A stretch of 64,000 bases of DNA from Paragordius varius (GCA_964247055.1 OZ176050.1:1860001-1924000); one strand, 5' to 3'; numbered from the stretch's first letter, positions 49,068 through 63,605 are shown. The notes: generated by a model from the letters alone, not told the origin. Made by a program: numbers and translations.

Positions 49068-49424
49068 TTAATATTTAAAAACTACCTTTAAAATATCATT
49101 ATAGGCGCAACGATAATTCTGCATATCTATAAGGTGAGTTAAATTCCTGTTCGGGAGAATCCAATTTAAATCACTGTAATGTCCTGGAACCGGTGATACC
49201 ATAAGATATTTAATCGATTGAATGTCGCTTTCAATATACAAATTTGGGTCGCAATTTTGTGTTGCAAAATTAAAAATATCTTTTTTAACCAGGAGACAAA
49301 TTTTGTAGCGTTCATTTATTTGCTTGTTCTCTATCAAATCGTGTTTTATTGTCAATGCTGCAACATTGTTAATCAATGTAAAATCCACATCTGTTATCAT
49401 ATCACTGTCAGAAAAATAAGACAA
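49068..49424 (-). CDS. Probable internal exon of an unidentified gene
   Basis: 118-codon open frame of ordinary globular composition in ~25% GC DNA. It opens at TTG near a pyrimidine-rich CAG acceptor, and an AAG|GTAG donor lies near its end. Confidence 0.5.
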   Translation of the reverse strand: MSYFSDSDMITDVDFTLINNVAALTIKHDLIENKQINERYKICLLVKKDIFNFATQNCDPNLYIESDIQSIKYLMVSPVPGHYSDLNWILPNRNLTHLIDMQNYRCAYNDILKVVFKY

Positions 49425-52400
49425 GGTTTATTAATTTCGGCATAAAATATTTAAAAGATATTATAATTGATTTGTTTATTGGAACAAATTAAATTGTCCG
49501 GATCAATAAAGGGGCCATAACAAATTAACTAAATTGAAACTAATTAATTATTTTTTTAATTTTAAATAGGCTCCTAAAAATAATAAATTCAGCTGATATA
49601 TTAAGTTAATATATGATTTAATTTTATATTTTTAGAACATTATAATTATTCAGTGTTTACCTATGGTACTTAAGACTTTATCCAATAAAACGCAATATAA
49701 TTAAAATATTAGGAATTATTCATCCCTAATGAAAAAACTAAAAAAATCCACAATTTATTTATTTTTAATATTTATACTAGGGTTTGGAGCGAATTATAAG
49801 AACCGGTTCTAGAACCGATTCATATGGTTTTTTGATGGAACCGTTGTTCCATGATAAGAACCGGAACAGTTTTATTTTAAAAATCGATTCTGCATGTAAA
49901 AATTTAAGACGTTTTAGGACCGGTATTAGATACCAAGTTTTTTTATTATGGCAGAACTGTAAGTATTGTTGAACTCTTAGATAAAATACATACAATATAT
50001 TTTTATTTGTATCCTTTAGCATTATTTTTGCAATCGATGAAGGATATAAAAACCAGTTAAGTGAAGTATGATTAAACAGGAAATGCTTCAAATGTGTATC
50101 ATTAATAAAATGATCAATAACACCAATTTAATTTTGCATTTTATACACAAAGACGTTTGTACTAAATTTACGGGAAATCGTCAACGGTATATAATAGTTA
50201 TAATGTGGTTCAAACAAAAACAAATATATTTCTTTTTATAAAACAAAACTGTTACCTATTGAATTGGATGTAAAAGCTTTCAATGAAGGTATTTTAAAAA
50301 TGGTTAATGCAAATGAGAGACCTTCAAAGATTACTGAAAATTTTGGCAAAAAATCATTTATTATTTAAAGGGTTGCACAAGTTGAATGAATCTCAAAGAT
50401 TTACTGCACCAATTTGTGAGAAGATAAAAGTTGCAATGAGCGAATTCAATAAATTTTGTGCAATTATTTACCCTGAGTGATAATGCTTTTTATCCATACT
50501 TACTGAATATAATAAAGATGCTCACATATACAAATTGATATGGAACATTTAATTGAATCAATTCTACCATCAAACGAAGTAATTAAGTTAAAAAATTAGA
50601 ATTGGTTATCTTATAAAAAAAATTATAATATTAGCTCCACGTTAGATGTGTCACGCATACTCTTTCGGTGTAAGTGATTTTTTAATGTCCAAAATGACAG
50701 TAATTCGGGGCTTAGAACCAGAACCGTCAGAACCGGTTTATGAACAGAAAATGCGAGCGGAACCGGAACAATTTTGGAATTTTAAGGACCTTTTAGAACC
50801 GGTTACAGTTTTTAAATAACGGGTTTGATATACGAAAAAATATTCCAAATATAGACTCTGGTTCTAAGGCCTGGTTTATGCCTAAATTTATAGCAATATA
50901 AAATAAAATTTATGTCCGCAAGTGTCATGGTTGTGAACTTTCTTTAAGTTTATATTTTATCACACATTTATTTTCAATTTAATTATTTTTGTTTTGCATT
51001 ATTTTAAGTTTATTTTTTAAACGAAACTCCGAATAATGGCTTTGTGAGAAAAAATTTAAGTTTTTACTAAATTTATTTTCTATTTTTTCATGACGTTTAT
51101 GAGATTTTTAAACATGCTTACAAAGTTATGTCGCTACGATTGATTGGAAGATGGTTGTAGAGGTTAAATTTTCCTGCCTTTTTAACAAATGAATTGACAT
51201 CATTATATTTGATATAAGATTCTACTCGAATAAAAATAATAATAATTAGTATCACAATAATTATATCAATTATAGATTAAATAAACTAACAATGTAAAAT
51301 GGGCTATGAGACATTTTTAGCAAAAGGGATCCATTAAATAAAAAAAAATTGTTTTAAAAAGGGGTTTTTGCTAAAGCCGATTCAGTTTGGTTTGCTATTT
51401 ATTAATTTAAGTTAACGTGCTTAATTGTGTGGTAATTGATTTTATTAAATGTAACTTTTTTCAAAATTTTGTTCTTCCACTACCTCGTAAATAAACATGG
51501 CGTACACTTAAAATCCTTAAAATTTGTATATTTCAAAATGTTACTAAATTAAAATTTTAATTAAGGTACACTTAACTATGTAGCTATATTAACTTAGTTA
51601 ACCGAATCTTTTACCATAATTTTGGCAAATTTAAGTTTAACCAATCAAATTTTGACAATTTGGAGTTAAATATGTATATATAGTTAAATGTATATTCCTA
51701 TCCAATAATACCAATACTGGTAATATTTATATAAATTTTGTATAATTCCTCTAAATTAACACTCTAAATTCATAGGCTTGCTATATTTTTACCTAAAAAA
51801 TCGATTACAGTTTATTTTATTTTAATCATTTTTATTTTGTCCGAATTTGTAATGGTTTTTACAGTAAAAATGTAAATGCTTTTATTCAAAAACTTTTTAA
51901 TATATGGATATTTGGGTTAGATAATGTTGTTCTCATAATAAAAATAATAATTTATAATACAAAACGGTTTACATTTATTTCTATAATATTGTGTTTAACA
52001 CCTGATTTTTTCAACTCTGCTACCCTAAATTTGACAGACTATATATAAAATAAATTGTTTTACCTGTGGTAATTGGCACCGGGCTGACCATTTCTAATTT
52101 ATAAATTAGATTGATTGATAGTAAAAGCAACTTAATTTAATGAAATATTTAATGTTTAAATGCAATCAAGATAGATAAACATGTTATAGGATTTTGGCTT
52201 TCCTCTAATTTTTGCAACTAACGATCAAAGGTAGTGATACTACCCAATAAAATTTTAAGGCACCAAAAATTAATCTTGTCGCATTCGTGCACCGTACAAT
52301 ACTGATAAAAATTATAACGTTTGACATATTTGCAGATATTTATACCGAAATAAGTATAACAAAATAATAAATAATTTCATAAAACTTTTAGGGCCGCATG

Positions 52401-52793
52401 AGGCTTATGACCGCACTGATCAAAGAGTTTTAAATTTTTTGACTCATTACTTAACCATATAGTTAGTATCAATCGTCAGTTTCTCGTATTTTATTATGAT
52501 ATATTAATTTTCAATATTTTAGTTTATAAAATTAAAGCCTATTATATATATATATATATATATATTATATATTATAAAGGCAGAAATAGTTGAATTATCA
52601 AAAAGTTTCGATTATAATTCCTGTAATATAGTAAAAAAATATTAAATGGTTTTATGGATTATACCTGCACAGTTTTTTAAAACAGCAGACAAATAGGGAC
52701 GACGTCTTTCTATCCCAGTTTTTTTTAACGCGACACGTAAAATATTCGTAAAATTCTCAAAATTTTGAATAAATGTCTTATTATCTTGATATA

Positions 52794-52995
52794 TTAGTAA
52801 AATGGCAGATTCAGATTTAGGCTGGTATATGCGTATCTACATGTTTTAAGTTGCAATAATACTTTGTTGTATTCAAGTTCTGTTGGTATCATATCAATGT
52901 TATACGATCGATAATATCCGTAATATTCATCACAAAATTGACATCCGTTGATCCACATAATCGATTCGTTTTTAATAATATCCAAATAAAACTAA
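52794..52995 (-). CDS. Probable exon of an unidentified gene
   Basis: Follows a TTTTAG acceptor. Open frame FYLDIIKNESIMWINGCQFCDEYYGYYRSYNIDMIPTELEYNK with Cys/Trp/Tyr content unlikely by chance. Confidence 0.45.
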
Positions 52996-53306
52996 AAATA
53001 TAAAAATAAATATAAATCCATTTTTTAAAAAATAACTGTTACACTACGCATATATTATAAACTTTTTGCCTTTTAATTCTTCTATTACAATAATAAATAA
53101 AATTATACAGACAAATATATCAAAAGACAAATATTTTTTAAAAAGGAAACAATACCCTTCAAACTTTTTAATTATATAATTGAGTGTATTAAAACTTCTT
53201 TCTACCCTATTTTACTACCCAAAAAGATGAGTAATATTCAAAAAAAATTAAGATTTTAAAAATATAGTTATCTTTTAAATTAAGATATTTATCTTTTAGT
53301 TTTTAA

Positions 53307-54290
53307 TAGGGCTTCGAACGGAAACCGGATCCACATGAAACCGGGACCCGGATCCTGAAAATTTAGCAGGAACCAACTCAGTTGAGGTGGAATTCTTCTT
53401 CAGGAATCAGCCCGGATATATTCAACTTATTAGGTTCCGGTTCGAACTGTCAAAAACCAGTTTGGTTCCAGTTCCACCACCAAAATAAGTGGTTGTATTT
53501 CATTTGTAAAAAATAAAATTATTGTTTAAATAAATATTTCATATTGAATGTGTGAAAAGATTATATTTAGCTGTCCATCAAATTGGAATCACCATTATAT
53601 TTTTGAATTTGTTATTTAAATATTATTCAAAAAAATTGATTATATGATAACATTTTCTCGCATCCAATTGAAATGGAAGTACCATGTTGATAATTTTTTA
53701 CAGCTTCTTACCTTTATAACTTGAAAAAAGCCATAGACATAATTAATTACATTGATTATTTTTAGCTATAGATTAAAAATACCTTATTAATAAAAAATTT
53801 AGTAATAACCATAGCTCAGAAAATACTTTAACTGAAAAAAAGAGCCACTATGTCAGTGATACAAACGGCGACAAATGGGTTGCATTAGGATCCCAAGATT
53901 TTTTTGGCCACAGTTAATATTAAAACTTTAACATGTAAGAAACATTAAAGGTATTTTAGGGCTCACAACCTAGATAGACACTATTCTTCGCTAAAGTGTT
54001 TATTTTTTCTTATCTGAGCAATCTGACGACCTTGTGCAATCATTTTTCAAAGTTAAATGAAGATTTCCTCCATAAATGGGCAGGTTAATACAAAAACACA
54101 CTTTACCAGGGATTAGAACCTAAGCTACAATTTGGAACCGGTTCCAAACGGTCCTTAAAATTAAATTAGTTCCGGTTCCGGTTCTTTTTATTTTTTTCGG
54201 TTCTAAAATCAATTATTCAAAAGTATAGTATGTTTTAAAACAATTTTTGAAATCTCAGAACTCCTGTAGTTCCGGTTCTCGCATTTTTTT
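53307..54290. mobile_element. hAT-like relics with AACCGG/GGTTCC subterminal repeats (related to 49776-49930 and 50705-50875)
   Basis: (T/C)AGGG-starting termini followed by clustered GGAACCGG/CCGGTTCC motifs. No TSD pair found. Confidence 0.45.
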
Positions 54291-56621
54291 TAAAATAGAG
54301 TCAGTTCATTGTTCCGATCATATATCACAATATATGGTGGCGCATTTTCGGAGGATGGAGTTATACCCCGAGGTTTATTTATATGCTGGGCTAAAATTTT
54401 TGTCTACGGGGCAAAAACTGCTTCAACCATTTTTGGAATTTAAATTTTTACTAAAATGGCATTTCACGAGCAGGGCGGATGAGGGTATAATTTAATGGTA
54501 CCCCAATTATGTTTAAAACATTTGTAAATAAATAAATAAATATTGAATTAAGAAAAAGTTAGGAAAACCCAAGTTTAGAATCCCTATTTTGCGGGGGTAC
54601 TGATGTTCGGCACATTTATAAATTAATGAATATTTTCCACTTGTGAATGGACTCGTTTGGATTTAAATTGTGCTAACCACAAAATTTTACTTCATCAATA
54701 GATAGATGTCCATCTTTATTTTACTACCCTTTGTTATTTTAAACATACTTCGCTCGAATTACCATTGTCTCTTATTAAAAAGTAAGTCAAACCAAATATA
54801 TATAATTTATATGTATATTTACATCTATTAAATTTTTCTTCCACAAATGATTGAATAGATTTTGAGCACCTTGCTTTAATACCCAAACGTAAAAATCGAC
54901 ATATATGTTTTCTATTTCATGATCCAGCTGCAACAATATCAAATCATTTTGTTTAACTATTTGAGCGCTTTCAAAATTAGCTAAGGAACTAAAGATTATT
55001 TGTGATAAGATACGTGTTTAAAGCTTCGTCGATATCATGAACAGAAATATTATTTAAGGTGCATAAATCTATTTATTATAAAAAACATTACCATGAGAAG
55101 CAACACAGCCTATTAAAATAAAAAATAGGATCTTGATCATAATTAAAAATTTTAAAATATCTGAAATGAAATTTCTTCTCACAAGTTTTAAAAATAGATT
55201 TGTTGAACCGTAGAAGGGGATTTTTAGGTTTATTAATAATATATAAATAAAATTTAAATGTTAAGAATAAAAGGTAAATGTACCTACACTCCAAGGTTTT
55301 TTGAGCGTGCATAACGCCAGGTAAACTAATTTATAAAAAAATGTTAGTAAGAATATAATATGAAAAATGCAACTGGCCAGTTCACATTATTTTTGTGTTT
55401 AAACACGCAAAGTTGATAAATTTTGCTTGACATAAAATAATGTACACAAAAAATATCCTAAATTACAATATTCTGAATAAATGTAACAGTCATTTGGTGC
55501 TTTTAATTTAAGCTTTACAAGATAAAAGTTATTAACCTTTTTGGAACCTGCTCTAATCAGAAAATGACAAAATTGCATATTTTGTTAAATATTTTTTTTG
55601 GTGAAAGCTAGATCTAAAAAATATTACTAAAATACATCATAAACTACATATAAAGAGCAAAATATTATTATAAAATTTTAGTTTTTAGATGTGTCCGACC
55701 ATTTAATAATCGCAAAAATGACTATATTTCGCGATTAAATTTTTTTATAATATGCCAGATTATGGCATAAAAAAACATATTTTCTAAAAAATGCATATTT
55801 GGTCAAAAATTTAATTATTAGCAAAATTTTATTGAAGCGTAGTTTATACTAATTTGAGGAAAGATGGAAAGGGTATAAAAACGTAAAATATTATAAAAAC
55901 ACTTTTTCTTTATATTTCGAAAATGTTGAACATGTTTGCATTCAAATTTGGATAAATTTTTCGAAAAACATTTTTAAATATAATTTTTTCCGAATATTTA
56001 AATCTAATTTTCTTACCTCTAATTTAAAATATTGATAGAATTGTTAATCATCCTCGATTTAAAAAAGTGTTTTACATTTTTTTTAAAGCCTTGAATAGTT
56101 TTATCATGCCTAAAATTAACATAAGGCTTTAACGAAATTTTGCAAAAAATTAAATTAATATGCATAATTTAACAAATTTTATGTGATGCCATAATTATCA
56201 GTATTGCAGAAAATTAGAGCCAGGTTTAAGCCTTTTTGCGTCTAAGAGAACTAGTAGGGGAAAAATTTGGGACTTTCGGAAAATTAAAATTAATAAATAT
56301 TGTTTTGCTTTTTAGATGTAGTTTATGATATATTTCCAAAAGCAAAAATTATGACTCCTTCTAAGATAGTTTTTTTGTTTAACGTAAAAAGCCATTGCGC
56401 ATTTATATGTGCTAAATTACTAAATGACTTATTTTTAATACAATGGTTGCTTAAAATTTTATATTTTATCGAATCTGTCATTTTATAAAATTTTGAAAGA
56501 TAAGTAAATTGGGAATAATAATCTTTTACATAAATTTCGATGCACAGAATTGCCTCAGAATAATTGCTTCCTTTCAAAATTGGTTAAAATAAAAATTTGT
56601 GATCGTAAAAACGGTATAAAC

Positions 56622-58559
56622 CAGTGGTACTCAAACCGCGGCCCGCGGGCCGCATGCGGTTCTAAGAGTGGTTTAAAATTGCCCTATGACCATATTCATA
56701 CTTAAATTATTTTTTTTATGGATATATTTTTAAAATACAGATCGAATTTTCGCTTATTTTAATAATTAATTTATTTTCTCTAGATTTAATTTAGATTTTT
56801 ATTTTTTACCCAATTTGAAATGTAGAAAAATTTCCCTCCATTAAAAATGTTTCAAAATAGGGGCACACGCTGTTTCTGTATTCTATATTTTTACTATTTT
56901 GATATTTTTATTGCATTTTTGTATTTAAGAAAGCCTTTCACCCAAACTTGCATATATATATATATATATATTCTTTTCATTATTATACTGTATCATTTTT
57001 TATGACTTATTCGATAATTTTTCAAATCAACATCATTAAATTTCGCCCTGTTATTTTTTCAAAGGATGACATCTAATGCTAAAAAACATAAATTATCCAA
57101 TGAAAATCGCTCCTTTAAAAAAGAATGGAAAGAATTTTTTGTCGTTTTAAAAAAAATGTTGTCAATGATGTTGTTTCACTCACCTCACAATTTTGATTAA
57201 AATATTCTTTTGCCTACAAGTTTGAACTATATTCGAGGAATATTTAAAATTTAATGAAGAATACCACGAAAGGAACTGATTTTCTCCAAATGATGAGCTC
57301 TTTTTTTGATAATAATGGTATATCCATGAAAAAATTGGTTTTGATCTGCACAGATAGCTGTTCCTCTATGATTGGAATAAACAAAGGATTTATTCCTCTA
57401 TTATAAAACAAATATAATTTATAAAATATTTTATCCTTTCACTGCTTTATTTATCAGCAAAACTTGGTTTCGAGTGTAAAAGATGAATCACTCAATTCAG
57501 TGATTAAAACGGGTTGGGGAGATAGTAACCACATCCGTGGCAGAGAATTCGACCGGCGTAAATTCAAAAACCTTCTGAAAGATAACCACAGTGAGTTTAA
57601 TGATATTTTTATACACCGCTCTGAATAAGCCTTAGCAAAGTATTAAATAGATTTTTTGTTATAAGAAATGAAATTTTATTATTTAGAATAGAAAGTATGA
57701 CGAGGAAATTAATAGTGACAATGGTGGGTTTTATTAGCCTACCTTTGCGACATTACTTATAAACTTAGTATTTTTAATACAAGTTTTCAAGGGAGCAAAT
57801 AATAACCCAATTTGCTAATTGAATATTTGCTTTTGAAGAAAAATTAATAATATATTAACAAGATTTTACAAAAAAAACATTCCTATTTTGCATCAAAAAC
57901 GACTCATGATGAAAATATGGAATCTACCGCGGAGTAGACAATCATTTATTTTATCTAATAAAATTCAGATTTCAAGAATTAAGAAATATTAAAAATTGCT
58001 TAAAACTCGCTGAAAATCCATGGCATATGATGTATCCAATTTTAAACAACTTGAGCATTTCAGCTTTGATCAAGCGCATATTATTGAAAAATTCGTAGAT
58101 TAAAATGATTCCGATTTGTGCTATATTCAAGGACAGAAGAACGATATGTAAAGTTTTGGCAAGATGTGCCAAATATATAAAAATAAACAATATTGTCAAG
58201 TTATCCTAACTGTTTTTTCCTCAACTTACGCGTGTAAGACAGCATATTCAAAAAGGAAGTATGTCAAGAATACATAGAGAAATCGCTTAACCGATGATCA
58301 TATGGACGACGTATTAAGATTGGCCTGTCATGAGGCGAAACCAAATTAGTCAAAAATTATTGGTTAATACAAAATAATTATTTTAATTTTGTAAATTAAA
58401 TGGTGCAAAACGAGCTGGATTTACATGCGATCCGCAAAACATTTATTGTGCTGATTTCGAGTATAAATATGTGCATATGTGTCAAATATATGTGGAATGG
58501 CCCTCGAAAAAAAAATATATTTTATTTGGCCCTTCAAATTTTTTTGGTGAGTACCACTG
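56622..58559 (+). mobile_element. Degenerate hAT element (GTF2IRD2/ZBED8/SPIN-like transposase relic)
   Basis: TIR CAGTGGTACTCA / TGAGTACCACTG and an 8-bp TSD GTATAAAC (56614-21, 58560-67). Frameshifted motifs: KKHK..ENRSFKKEW, KLVLICTD..SMIG, SFHCFIYQQNL, STYAC.TAYS, RNRLTDDHMDDVLRLA. Confidence 0.92.
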
Positions 58560-59410
58560 GTATAAACCTTTAATCTATTTTCAAAACACCTTTTCTATAA
58601 ATATCGATACTGCATAATTACATCAGATTTTTTAATAAAAGATTTGATTGCTATTAAATTTGCTTATATAAAAACCGCATTATATTAGAAATTGAGGACA
58701 ATGAGATTTACATCAAATTTGAGGTGGAGCATTGAATCAAGTTTTATATCGTTTTGATCATTAACCGTAAATAATATGTTTTAAAACTGAAACAATTTCA
58801 TGATCTAACATAAATAAAAATACATTCGGTTATAAGCCACCTCATTTTGGAGGGTTAATTTGAGAGTTTAAAATAATTTAATATACTTATTAAATATATT
58901 TTTAATACATTAAAAATATTTTTGAAACATTATTTTATTAATATAATGAGTGCTAAGGCATTTGATATTGAGAGGAATTAGCGCGAAATTGGAATTAAAT
59001 TCCTAAATGACTCGCAAACCCCACAAGTTATATCACCATGAGAACCCTGAAAATATATATACAAAGTAAATCCGGGGAGCCAGAAAATTAATAAAAACTA
59101 AATAAACCACTCATTTAATGTCTAAATTGTTGCCTTCGGTATAAATCACTTGGAGGTTATACATTACACAATGTGCAAAAAAATTATAGAAAGTATTAAG
59201 TTTTTCGATATGACTTATTACTAGAAAAATCACTTCCCTTAAAATTTTTTTGTCTACCTAGCTTTTAAAAATAAAACAAAATATTGGGCAAAAACGAAAA
59301 TTATGATGGCAGATATTTTCAATTTAGATAAAACCTAAAATCTAAGTCGCAGTAAAAAATATTACAAAATAAACCACTCTTTATTTTTCAATCAATGTTA
59401 ATGCGATTAA

Positions 59411-60285
59411 CACTTCGATTCAAATTGGGGTATCTACCCAGACTATGGGTGGGGTGATAAAAAAATTTTTTGACTAGACTTGCAAGGCTTGCTTTCATGT
59501 ATTAAAAAAATATAACATTTGACAACTTAAGTCAAGCAAGAAAACTTGATTGGGAGGTGATAAAAAATGATCAAGTTATAGATTTTTCAAGCGTGGTGTA
59601 GGGCACTCTTGACACATTTAAAAATATGTATAAAATTATTTTGGAAATAATTTATGGATGTAATTTAGGCTTTATATGTAATTAAAACCTTTGTTAATGA
59701 TATTTTTTTATCTAATAAATTTTGGCTAATTAAACTATACAAATAGGGTGGATACAAGGGAGGATTTTTAGAAAAACTCTGCTAATATCTAAGAACCATA
59801 TAAAAATGGGCTAAATATATCAAATCCGTGAACCCGCGAAAAAATTGATTATCGAAATTTCTTAAAATTAATAACTGAAAAATCTAAATAAAATGTGGTT
59901 TTGAAAAAAAGTTTCACAAACTACTCCAAGCCATTTATATTTTTTAACATTTTTGCAAATATCGTGTTTATTTGATTTAAAGCTATTTTTTCATTTAATT
60001 CACATCAAACATTGATAGAAAAAGAAAAAATGGTTTTATTTGTATTAATTTTAAATTTAGCTAATCCACACATGTCATGTTGAATAAATTAACCTTGAGG
60101 TTTAGCTAAAAGTAAGTAATATCCAGTATTTTTTAATGAAATTTTTAATATATTTCGGTTCATTAATATGCAAATTTTAGCCTAGATTTCAATTCATTCC
60201 ATATTTTTGGAGTTATTTCTTAAGGGGGTATCCAACTACCCTAATATGAAATTAAGGACTAAAATGAATGTGTTGTATCCAAGTG
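59411..60285. mobile_element. piggyBac-like non-autonomous element (family E), with an internal insertion
   Basis: TTAA|CACTT...AAGTG|TTAA ends. Left subterminal TTCGATTCAAATTGGGGTA with a degenerate inverted copy near the right end. Confidence 0.7.
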
Positions 60286-60829
60286 TTAAATAAAAAATCA
60301 GCTTTAGTTTCAGCCTTAGAAAATTAAGATATAAAATGTTGCATAGCGTAGAAGTAGTTTGATACGGAACTTTTTTTCAAACTATATTATGGGCCTGCTG
60401 AATAAAAACAAGCACCTACTGGGTAGTAGGTGCTTGATAGTATGTACCAGTTTTTGAGAAAACATTGAATAAAAATAGGTACTTACTATCATGTGCGTAC
60501 TTAAGTCTTTAGTATGTGTAAAATGTTTATTTTCATTTTGTTTTTTGTTAGTTTTCGATTTCATTCATAAAATGCGTTTGAAAAATTCATAAAGAAAATT
60601 AGAAAGTCTAACTTTTGGAAAATAAATATCGATTATCTACCCATATTTTTAAATAATGCATTTATTAATACACATTTATTCATAAATACACAAAAAATAA
60701 ATCAAAATAATATTTGAACAATTGAATCTCGTTTCATTTTGCCAGCCTTGAATATTTGGGTTAGATCAATATTTGCTTCACAATTCTCCACATATTCAAT
60801 ATCAAAATATGAATTACTATCAAAATCTG

Positions 60830-61506
60830 TTAAGGGCTCGTTAATATATTAGGATACATTATGTAATATGGAACTTAATATAAGTTTTGTGATTCGTTCT
60901 GAACTTAAACGAATTTCGTTACCAAGTATAGGAAATCGGGTCTTCATTCGACCGAAAACCCGCGCTCGATAATGCTTCTTTCAGAACAATGTAATTTATT
61001 GAATTTTTTCCGTTATCGATCATCGTATTTTTGAAGGGGGTTAGGAGCGAGGGTGATAGTGGATATCCATTATCACCCAACAAAAAAAAATCTTTGCACA
61101 TATATGACTGAACAATCGTGTTTCGCCATATCCTTGAATCATGCACAGATCCTGGCCATTGTGCATCCACGGATGTAATTTCTTTATTGGCATTACATGT
61201 AAATTGTACATTGAGGGTACATCGACCCTTTCGATTTATATAGGCCTCAACATTTTCTTTAGGTCTTAATATTTCAAAGTATGAACAATCAATACAACCA
61301 ATAGTAGTTGGCATTTTATATTTGGATAGCCATAATTTATTCGCCATATTAAGCTCTTCAAATGACTTGGGAATTTTTACCCAATGAGATTTTGATACTA
61401 TTTCGTCCATAACCTTAGGTATAGTTTTGCATATTGTGGAACTATGAACATTAAAATCATGTCCTATACCCGCTAGATATCCCGGATCTCCAAGAAATCT
61501 TAACAC
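60830..61506 (-). pseudogene. Harbinger (HARBI1-like, DDE_Tnp_4) transposase, frameshifted near the C-terminus
   Basis: Motifs IGCIDCS, YINRKG, LNVQ.TC, VDAQWPGSVHDSRIW, LLGDNGYPL. After a shift: ERSIIER..GRMKTRFPIL...LHN. Confidence 0.88.
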
Positions 61507-61759
61507 AAAATCTAGATTTATGATATTATAAATACCTCCATTTGCATCCTGGGAGTTAGTTTCCTTAAAGAAATATTTAATTTTTAACCAAAATATGGAA
61601 GGGTCATTTTATCTTATAACTCGAATTTGAATAAATCGGTGGTTTTTTATATAGAAAATAGCTTCATTCAAAAATATTCTCTCAAATATATAAAATTTAA
61701 ATGTTTATAAAATAAATTTAAGGTCATTATAAAGTATATAAACTCAAATATTTTACACA

Positions 61760-62320
61760 AAAATGAAATAATCGAAGAAAATATGGTTGAGGATATTCTT
61801 GAAAAAAATCCAATATTTTATAACAAAAGTAATACAATCTCAATAAAAAACAAAGAAATGAAGTTTACAAAAAAATACAAGTCGAAATTAAAAATATGAA
61901 TGACAAATATATGAACATATCCCAAATCAGAAAAAAAATCAACAACATGAAATCACAAATTAAAGTAAAGTTAGATAATTCGAAATCTGGAATGAAAACA
62001 ACATTAAAAACCTAGATCAAATTGCAATCATTAATTTTTGATACAGAAAAACCTATATTTGAAAAAATACAGGGCGCGGTATATTCAGACGGGGAAATAT
62101 TGATTGATAATGTAGATGATGACATAGAAAATCCGAGTATAATTATTATAATTTAAAAATAGATATCAAATCAGACACGAAAGAATCACCGAGTATTTGA
62201 TATAATTTTGGAAAGGTAAAAAAGAATCCACCTACAAGGAACTGAGATCACTGCAAATTGAGCTCACAAAGCTCAAAAGAAGGAAAAAATTCTTATTAAT
62301 AATATAACAAATGATACTTA
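61760..62320 (+). pseudogene. Harbinger accessory Myb/SANT-like DNA-binding ORF relic
   Basis: Fragments ILEKNPIFYNK and QIRKKINNMKSQIK match trihelix/SANT-like Harbinger ORF2 patterns. Located inside the TIRs and broken by frameshifts. Confidence 0.6.
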
Positions 62321-63102
62321 ATAAATATATTGATATGTTTATATTTATTTAAAAATTCATATATCTTAATATTTTATAAAAATATAACCGATATTATATT
62401 AAGTGAAAAAATAATAGTTTAAAATGTTGCCATTTACCAGCTTAAAAAAAACCAGTATGTACTAGGTAAAATTTGTAAAAAGACAATTTTTATTCAATGA
62501 TATTTGTCAGTATATACTGGTAAACATAGTACGTACTGGATAGTAAAAGCAATATATTTTATTATTCAATACATAGCTAGTATATACTGGAAAAAACCTA
62601 GTTTTTAGTATATACTAGCTTTTATTCAGCAGGCCCTATATTTAGATATTTTGGCTTTTATAATTTTTTGTGGAAAGAATTATTGTTTTAAGTAATTTTT
62701 CAAAATTTCAACTTTAAATGGGGTATTTGGATCCAATTTAAAATAACTTTATTAATTTTTGCACGCATCAATAAGTAGACAAACTATTGTTTAAAAATGT
62801 GATCGGGTAATTACTTAAACTATTTTCTCCTGTATTGGATATAAAACTTAAAGTTTCACGTTTTTAAACTTCACACGAATTTGGATAGCTCAAAAACAGT
62901 AATAGAAGCAAACAGATATTAAAATCAATAATCTGGAATAAAAAATTAAAAAGTTTTAACAGCTAATATATTTATCAATTTAATTATATAGATTAAATCT
63001 AAAGGAAAATTTCGGGCCAAAAAGTGTTACAATTATACATTTATATATGTCATGCGCCTAAAATCTATAATAGCATATATCAAATATTATATTTATTATA
63101 CC

Positions 63103-63605
63103 TAGGGTTGTGCATTTGACTGCTTTTTTTAAAAAAGTCCGGTCAGACAGGGTCAGACATGACCACTTTACCTAAGTAAATACCATGCGATATTAGATTA
63201 TGAAATTACTTCTTAATTTTCAAATACCTCGCTTTTAATACTGGATATTTCAAATAAAATTTTTCCTGTTTCTTTTACACTTTCTTTGATCATTGAAATA
63301 TCCAATTATAAAATGTTTTTTCATTTTATTAGTTCACATACATGGAATAATTGAATATTTATAAAAAGTTGGATTGTTTTATCGAAATAACTGGATATGA
63401 TAAAATGCCAATGTTTTAAGGATGCAAGTTTAACATTTTAAATTTTTAAATAAAATTTAAATATAAATATATTTTTTAATATATTAAAAAATAACTTACT
63501 ATTTTTCTTTTTCTTCCAAAAAAAATACCAGCAATTTTTCAAAAAACAGCTGAAATGACCATTGTCAAAAAATAAATAGTCACTGACCTGGTCAGCACAA
63601 CCCTA
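63103..63605. mobile_element. Non-autonomous hAT MITE
   Basis: TIR TAGGGTTGTGC / GCACAACCCTA and an 8-bp TSD ATTATACC (63095-63102, 63606-63613). Confidence 0.9.

Larger units (their letters stand above)
60391..62636. mobile_element. PIF/Harbinger transposon, two divergent ORFs, degenerate
   Basis: Perfect 17-bp TIR GGGCCTGCTGAATAAAA with TAT on both flanks. It contains a DDE transposase on the minus strand and a Myb/SANT-like relic on the plus strand. Confidence 0.92.
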
